The notes beneath the pieces are model-generated. The model made no database searches. It saw nothing but the letters and a program-made list of their open reading frames with translations, and was not told the origin of the DNA. From Bacillota bacterium (GTDB lineage Bacteria; Bacillota; Sulfobacillia; Sulfobacillales; Sulfobacillaceae), in contig JAKBWA010000107.1 of the NCBI GenBank assembly GCA_021841025.1, forward strand, positions 22,674-86,673: 64,000 nucleotides of DNA. The letters are read 5' to 3'. The position numbers and the translations under genes were made by a program. Below, piece by piece: positions 58,124-64,000 of this stretch; within the stretch, counting starts at the first letter, position 1, and each line of letters opens with the position of its first letter.

Positions 58124-59947
58124 GTGGAACGGCGTGACATACGTAATATAGCCATTATCGCTCATGTAGATCATGGCAAAACAACTTTGGTTGATGCCAT
58201 GTTGCGGCAAAGCGGAATCTTTCGAGATCCATCCCAAATGGCGGATAGAGTTCTGGATTCGAATGATCTGGAACGAGAACGTGGGATTACCATTTTGTCT
58301 AAAACAACGGCAATTCATTATGAGGGCACTACAATCAACATCGTTGACACACCAGGACATGCCGACTTCGGCGGTGAGGTTGAGCGGATTTTGAGTATGG
58401 TTGACGGGGCACTGTTGGTTGTGGATGCTAATGAAGGGCCCATGCCGCAAACGCGATATGTCTTGCATAAGGCGTTAACGGCTGGAATAAAACCGATTGT
58501 AGTCCTCAACAAGATGGACCGAGACGGTGCCAGGCCCCATGAAGTGGTAGACCAGGTACTGGAACTTTTTATTGATTTGGAAGCATCCGATGACCAACTG
58601 GAGTTTCCGGTTCTTTACGCTTCGGCAAAACAAGGAGTGGCCTCGACTGAGCCGACCTTGCCAGCGACAGGCAATTTAGGTCCATTGTTCCGTACCATTT
58701 TGGACGAAATTCCCTTTCCGGTTGGGGACGAGGAAAGCCCCTTGCAAATTCTAGCCACGACTTTAGAGCACGACGAATACCTAGGGAGGATGGTAATTGG
58801 ACGTGTAACACAAGGGCACGTTGCGGCCAACCAAACCGTGGGCATTGTCAATCATGATGGTGTTGTGAGGCGGGCAAGACTTAGCAAAATTTTTGGCCGT
58901 ATAGGGTTAAAGCGTATAGAGTTAGCGAGGGCCACTGTTGGCGATATTGTGACGCTCGCAGGATTACCTGACATCACGATTGGAGAAACCATCACCGATG
59001 CCGACAATCCCTCGCCGTTGCCGCCGCTTGTTGTTGATGAGCCCACACTAACAATTTTGATTGGTGTTAATACCAGTCCGTTTTCTGGGCAGGAAGGACA
59101 GTATGTGACGTCGCGGCATCTGCGAGAGAGGCTCTTCCGTGAACAAGAGCGCAACGTGGCGCTTAAGGTTGAAGACACAGAGGATGCCGAGGTGTTTCGG
59201 GTGTCAGGGCGCGGGGAGTTGCACTTGGGAATATTGTTAGAACAAATGCGACGTGAGGGCTACGAAATGGAAGTATCTAAGCCTGAGGTGATTTTGCATA
59301 GAACACCCGAAGGCGAATTGGTGGAACCCGTTGAACATTTGTATCTTGACGTGCCAGACGAGTATGTGGGGCCAGTGATTGAGCTTTTGGGGCCGCGCAA
59401 AGCCGAAATGACTCACATGGGCCAGGCCGGCCCAAATCAAACTCGGTTGGAATTTATCATTCCCGCACGGGGTTTACTGGGGTTTCGCAGCGCCTTTGTC
59501 AACCAGACCCGAGGCTATGGAATTATGAATCACCTGTTTGAGGGATACCGTCCTTACGCGGGTCCCATCGAAGAGGCACAGCGTGGTGCTCTTATTGCTA
59601 TAGAGGATGGCGTCACGACGTCGTACGCATTAGACAACGCTCAACAACGAGGTACACTCTTCATTGGTCCCGGAGTGGGCGTTTATGCCGGTTTGGTTGT
59701 GGGAGAGAATAGCAGGCCCACTGATTTGGAACTTAACGTATGTAAAAAGAAGCACGTGACTAATATGCGCAGTTCCACTGCCGACGAAGCTATTCGTCTG
59801 ACTCCGCCGAGACCTTTGACCTTGGATTTGGCCTTAGAATACGTCAAGTCGGATGAACTGGTAGAAATCACCCCAAAATCCATTCGATTGCGAAAGGCTA
59901 CGTTAGACAGGACATTGCGCAAGCGGGAAAAGATTCAAAAAATATAA
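58124..59947 (+). CDS. typA: Translational GTPase TypA/BipA
   Basis: RNIAIIAHVDHGKTTLVD, LERERGITILSK, DTPGHADFGGEVER, GRGELHL, LEITPK-like C-terminus. Confidence 0.98.
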   Translation: MERRDIRNIAIIAHVDHGKTTLVDAMLRQSGIFRDPSQMADRVLDSNDLERERGITILSKTTAIHYEGTTINIVDTPGHADFGGEVERILSMVDGALLVVDANEGPMPQTRYVLHKALTAGIKPIVVLNKMDRDGARPHEVVDQVLELFIDLEASDDQLEFPVLYASAKQGVASTEPTLPATGNLGPLFRTILDEIPFPVGDEESPLQILATTLEHDEYLGRMVIGRVTQGHVAANQTVGIVNHDGVVRRARLSKIFGRIGLKRIELARATVGDIVTLAGLPDITIGETITDADNPSPLPPLVVDEPTLTILIGVNTSPFSGQEGQYVTSRHLRERLFREQERNVALKVEDTEDAEVFRVSGRGELHLGILLEQMRREGYEMEVSKPEVILHRTPEGELVEPVEHLYLDVPDEYVGPVIELLGPRKAEMTHMGQAGPNQTRLEFIIPARGLLGFRSAFVNQTRGYGIMNHLFEGYRPYAGPIEEAQRGALIAIEDGVTTSYALDNAQQRGTLFIGPGVGVYAGLVVGENSRPTDLELNVCKKKHVTNMRSSTADEAIRLTPPRPLTLDLALEYVKSDELVEITPKSIRLRKATLDRTLRKREKIQKI

Positions 59948-62743
59948 ATGGGAAGGTCGGAACCGGTGCAGTCCTTTCCCCTGCTCAATATTTGGTCGGC
60001 GTATTCGTTGTTACAATCGGCATGGGACCTATCAGCCGGACTGCATGAACTGCAAAATGCTGGGTTCACCTCCGCAGGATTGGCTGATTACTATTCCCTA
60101 GCTGGGGCAGAACGTTTTGAGTATGCGGCGAAATCCTATAACATTAAGACGTGGCTCGGCGTTAGCGTGGCTTTTGACGCCAGGGGCACGTCTTCTTTTA
60201 TGAGCTCATTGTATGCCCTGGACTATACGGGTTGGCAGCAATTGTGCCAACTTACTACAGGTAAAAAGTCGGTTGTGAGTCTTGAGGGCGTGGCATCCCC
60301 TCATCTTTTGCTCCTCTTATGGGGGCATACGAGAACAGTGTGGGAAGGGGCATTGTCTTTTATTCAATCACTTCCCTTCGGAGCCGTGGTGGAGGAATTG
60401 TCACCGGACATGGCGCCCAACGGTATAAGTTGGATCCCTTATTATCCGGTTCGGTTTAACCGCCGCCCAGGTGCTCCCGATGCCTACCGAATGTTGACTC
60501 AGTTGGGTGAGTATGAGGTGGAACCTCATGCCCAGGCGATACCTACCAATTATCACGACGCGTTGGCAGGCTATCCATACTCATGGCAGTCTTTGTTGTT
60601 CCGAGATGAGGCTCCCAACGTCCTTGCTCGCCATATATCCTTCATGCCTCAGCTGTCGCCAGATAGCGAAGACGATTCAAGACGGTTACGGGAAATGGCT
60701 AAAATCCGTCTGCGTCAGTGGCATCCTGAGCCAGCGCTCAAGTATGCCGAGCGTCTGGGAAAAGAGTTGGATGTTATTACCCAACTGGGATTTTCTTCAT
60801 ATTTTCTCATTGTTGAAGATTTGGTGCGCTTTGCCCGCGATCACCATATTGCTATTGGGCCCGGTCGTGGTTCGGCCCCCGGCAGTTTAGTGGCTCGAGT
60901 TCTAGGTATTACACGGATAGATCCCATAAAGCATGGCCTCATTTTTGAAAGATTCCTCAATCCGCATCGGGCCAATCCCCCCGACATTGATTTGGATGTT
61001 GACGCCTTTAAACGCTATGAACTGCTAGCGTATCTCAAACGCCGTTGGGGCAAAAAGTATGTGGCCCAGATCGGAACCTTTGGAACTTTTGGAGCCCGAG
61101 CTGCCGTACGTGACGTAGCGCGGGTTCTTGGCATTGCCGGTGATAAGGTCGACCACGTCTTGGAAAAAAGTCGTTTGGGCACCGGTATGCATTTAGAAGA
61201 GGGAGGATATGCTCTCAAAGAGGCAATGATGAAGACCGATCCGAGTGGTCAGTGGTGGCATATCACGGGGATCTTGGACGGACTGCCGCGTCATGCCTCC
61301 ATTCATGCTGCTGGTGTGGTGCTGTCCAATCGTCCCCTACCGGAGGTGATACCTTGTGGTGAAGATGGGGAAGGAAATCTCGTGACCCAAATGGACATGG
61401 AGTCAGTCCAACGTTTGGGGTTGCTGAAGCTTGATTTGTTGGGATTGCGCACGCTAAGTGTTATAGATCGAATACACGAGCACCATGATGACCATTTTGA
61501 TACAGTGAATCCCAAAGACGCGCGTACGCTAACTCTTTTGGGAAGAGGCGATACAGATGCCATTTTCCAATTAGATGGAAAAGGCGTCCGTCTATTGCTG
61601 CAGCGCCTTAAACCCGAGTGTGCTGACGATATTATTGACGTTGTGGCATTATATCGCCCCGGACCCATGGATACGCTTGAAACTTATTTGCTGAGACGCC
61701 AAGGATCTAACGAAATACCCCAGGATGTGTTGGGCAAATTATGCGAGGACACCTTTGGGGTGATGCTCTATCAGGAACAATTAATGATGATAGTGCAACA
61801 GGTCGCCGGTTATTCCTTGGCGGAAGCAGACTTGTTTCGTCGCGCCATTAGCAAGAAGGATCATGATGCGCTCGAGGAAATGTCCTGGGATTTTTTTAAA
61901 CGATGCCAAACGCGCGGTTTGCAGACAATAGAGATACAGCGCCTCTGGCAGCGCATCCTGGCCTTTGGTGATTACGGATTCAACAAATCTCATGCGACCT
62001 GTTACGGTTTGCTCAGTTATTATATGGCCTTCTTAAAATCGCACTATCCGCTGGACTTTTGGGCCGCAGAACTCAGCACAGTCGGCAACGAACGTTTAGC
62101 GAATGAAATGAGTTTGGCCGTAGCCCAGGGTATTCTCATTGAACCTCCCGATATCCGTTACAGCAAAATGGATTTTCAGAGTGTCAACGACGATAAGATT
62201 GTGGCGGGGTTATCAATGATCCGGGGTCTGAGTGCTGCTAGCGTGGAGCACGTTGAGCAAGAGAGAAACGAAGGGGGAGCCTACCAGACCGGGCAAGAGG
62301 CTTATAACCGCATCCAAAGAAGAGTGGGCCAACGTGTGGCGGACTTGTTGGAAGAAGCAGGCTGTTTTTCCTGTTTGCCGGGGAACATCATACACCCCGG
62401 GCAGCTTGAATTTTTTTCGGAATCGCCAAGTTCTGGTACAGCTCCTAGGATGGTCGATGCGATAAAAAGTTTTGGGTTCCCTTGGCCCTATGCTGTCGGC
62501 CCAATTTATATTCGTATAACGGGAGCAATCGATGTAAGATGGTGGCAAAGGACGTTGTCTCATTTGGAGGAAAAATTTCCGGGGTCCCTGTCCGTGGTGA
62601 TTGGAAACAAGGAGGGACGAGCTTATCAGTTCGAGTCCATAACCTTAAATCCCACTTGGAGGAGTCTCGATGCTATCCGGCAACTTCCTGGGGTGCTGGC
62701 TTGTGGACGACGGGTTGAATATAAAGAGAGGTGGTCAATTTGA
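59948..62743 (+). CDS. dnaE: DNA polymerase III alpha subunit (DnaE type), short form
   Basis: GPGRGSAPGSLV, FERFLNP, PPDIDLD, HAAGVV, KLDLLGLRTL, ALYRPGP, YGFNKSHA. Confidence 0.93.
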   Translation: MGRSEPVQSFPLLNIWSAYSLLQSAWDLSAGLHELQNAGFTSAGLADYYSLAGAERFEYAAKSYNIKTWLGVSVAFDARGTSSFMSSLYALDYTGWQQLCQLTTGKKSVVSLEGVASPHLLLLLWGHTRTVWEGALSFIQSLPFGAVVEELSPDMAPNGISWIPYYPVRFNRRPGAPDAYRMLTQLGEYEVEPHAQAIPTNYHDALAGYPYSWQSLLFRDEAPNVLARHISFMPQLSPDSEDDSRRLREMAKIRLRQWHPEPALKYAERLGKELDVITQLGFSSYFLIVEDLVRFARDHHIAIGPGRGSAPGSLVARVLGITRIDPIKHGLIFERFLNPHRANPPDIDLDVDAFKRYELLAYLKRRWGKKYVAQIGTFGTFGARAAVRDVARVLGIAGDKVDHVLEKSRLGTGMHLEEGGYALKEAMMKTDPSGQWWHITGILDGLPRHASIHAAGVVLSNRPLPEVIPCGEDGEGNLVTQMDMESVQRLGLLKLDLLGLRTLSVIDRIHEHHDDHFDTVNPKDARTLTLLGRGDTDAIFQLDGKGVRLLLQRLKPECADDIIDVVALYRPGPMDTLETYLLRRQGSNEIPQDVLGKLCEDTFGVMLYQEQLMMIVQQVAGYSLAEADLFRRAISKKDHDALEEMSWDFFKRCQTRGLQTIEIQRLWQRILAFGDYGFNKSHATCYGLLSYYMAFLKSHYPLDFWAAELSTVGNERLANEMSLAVAQGILIEPPDIRYSKMDFQSVNDDKIVAGLSMIRGLSAASVEHVEQERNEGGAYQTGQEAYNRIQRRVGQRVADLLEEAGCFSCLPGNIIHPGQLEFFSESPSSGTAPRMVDAIKSFGFPWPYAVGPIYIRITGAIDVRWWQRTLSHLEEKFPGSLSVVIGNKEGRAYQFESITLNPTWRSLDAIRQLPGVLACGRRVEYKERWSI

Positions 62744-63276
62744 GTAAGATGACACGAGAAGAGGTGGTACAGCACTTAACTCCTCCTCCCGGCATTACCA
62801 TGCCCCCTTATCCTGCGAAACGGGATAAAATTTACCGGCTGTCTCTGGTTTTGATGGGGACTGGATTGATTTTCGAAGGGATAAGCGGGATGGCCAGGCT
62901 CGCCAGTATACAATTTTGGATTCAGGGTGCGATTAGTGCTGTATTAATCGTCTCTGGATGGACGTTTTTAGTGTGGTTAAAACAATGGCGATGGACCGTG
63001 CGCACGATGGTCGTGCTCGGCTTCGTTTTGTGGCCAGTTTGGCCTCTTGGAGGATGGGCTCTATCTCTGGCTGCGGGCGCCATTATGGCAGCTAAGGAAA
63101 CGCATTGTTTTCACTTCTGGGCCGGTCGTGTGATACCTTGGTACACTTTGATTTTAGGGGTGCTTCTAATCATACATTTAAGCGAACCTTTTATGGGTGT
63201 CGCATGGTTGGGACTTGCGGCTTTGTGGATAAGTCTGGCGGCAGGACGTTCCAAACTTCCTCTGTTTGAAATCTAG
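62740..63276 (+). CDS. Integral membrane protein (DUF2301-like)
   Basis: Several TM helices, AAKETHCF segment; TTG overlaps dnaE stop; family call tentative. Confidence 0.65.
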   Translation: MSKMTREEVVQHLTPPPGITMPPYPAKRDKIYRLSLVLMGTGLIFEGISGMARLASIQFWIQGAISAVLIVSGWTFLVWLKQWRWTVRTMVVLGFVLWPVWPLGGWALSLAAGAIMAAKETHCFHFWAGRVIPWYTLILGVLLIIHLSEPFMGVAWLGLAALWISLAAGRSKLPLFEI

Positions 63277-63383
63277 CTGTTGACATCCACCCCGAACGAT
63301 AGCGAGAAAGACGTGGCAGGCGCCGCCATATGGCGCCAGAGAGCCTGACGCCAATATGATTTAGGAAGTGAACTTAAAGCTTT

Positions 63384-63968
63384 TCAATAACTGTCAGGGG
63401 GGCGCAAGGCTTCTTCGTGAACCCCTAGTTCAGCGTTGACATACCGGGATGCAGCAAACAGGACGTCGGACAAACGGTTTATGAATGTCAGAACAGAATG
63501 GGGAACATTTTCCATTTTGTTAAGAGCCCATATTTCTCGCTCAGCCCTGCGACTAACTGTGGTGCAAATGTACAGGCTAGTGGCTGCCAAAGTGCCTTCC
63601 GGAATGGTAAAGGGTTTCCAAGGAGGCGTGTTGTTTCGTAACAAGTCTGCGAGTTGCTCGAGTTGTTTGGTCAAACCCTCTGGCGTTGACGCTTGGTTTT
63701 TGTCATCAAATGTGGTCGATAAATCACGTCCCACCATGAATAGCCGATGTTGCAGATCGTGGAGAAATTTCTCCAGGGCCTCCCAAGGAATGGGAGGCCC
63801 TGAGGGCCTGGATTGGGCCAGGTGGGCACGTGCTTGGCCAATGAAAGCATTGAGCTCATAAAGTGTGCCGTAAGCATGGACCCTTTGGGAATGTTTTTCG
63901 ATATTTTTCCCTTTGCTTAGATGAGTAATGCCTGTGTCGCCTTTTCGAGTATACAGTCGGCTCGGCAT
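63384..63968 (-). CDS. PduO-type cob(I)alamin adenosyltransferase
   Basis: LYTRKGDTG.T, VHAYGTLYELNAFIG, CTTVSRRAER, FINRLSDVLF; SD AAAGGAG. Confidence 0.92.
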   Translation of the reverse strand: MPSRLYTRKGDTGITHLSKGKNIEKHSQRVHAYGTLYELNAFIGQARAHLAQSRPSGPPIPWEALEKFLHDLQHRLFMVGRDLSTTFDDKNQASTPEGLTKQLEQLADLLRNNTPPWKPFTIPEGTLAATSLYICTTVSRRAEREIWALNKMENVPHSVLTFINRLSDVLFAASRYVNAELGVHEEALRPPDSY

Positions 63969-64000
63969 AGACAACTCCTTTCTCGGCTTTAGGACAACCA

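Noticed and set aside
63310-63355. GC-rich palindromic segment GGCGCC-GCCATAT-GGCGCC between convergent genes
   Set aside because: Probably terminator-like, but the stem register is ambiguous and there is no U-tract; not called

Overview
Almost entirely plus-strand core chromosome of an endospore-forming Firmicute. A Sulfobacillus-like clostridial lineage is my tentative inference from gene order and divergence; it is not verified. Order: yajC; a glutamate dehydrogenase / acyl-CoA carboxyltransferase / small subunit / biotin carrier / PIG-L deacetylase cluster; tRNA-Ala(CGC); a dcw cluster (mraZ rsmH ftsL PBP spoVD murE murF mraY ftsW/spoVE murG murB murA ftsA ftsZ) lacking murD and divIB; spoIIGA-sigE-sigG-spoIIR-ylmC; pgeF yggS sepF yggT divIVA; T-box-ileS lspA rluD; mscS (minus); a PyrR-attenuated pyr operon; rqcH (minus); MFS transporter; pyk dat trmL; CaCA antiporter; creatininase-like, aspartate aminotransferase, murD, typA, dnaE; a membrane protein; PduO-type adenosyltransferase (minus). 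I see no CRISPR array, transposase, integrase, prophage or defence locus, and I cannot honestly identify a clear large novel system. Best second-look items: an unexplained ~165-nt rod-like RNA structure after ylmC; a DnaE with a degenerate PHP domain and apparently no OB-fold; two well-supported small ORFs missed by the ORF track; a biotin-dependent cluster lacking its usual partner enzyme; sigG-spoIIR coupling behind a strong terminator; a possible ACG start for yajC; and altered signature motifs in IleRS and pyruvate kinase.
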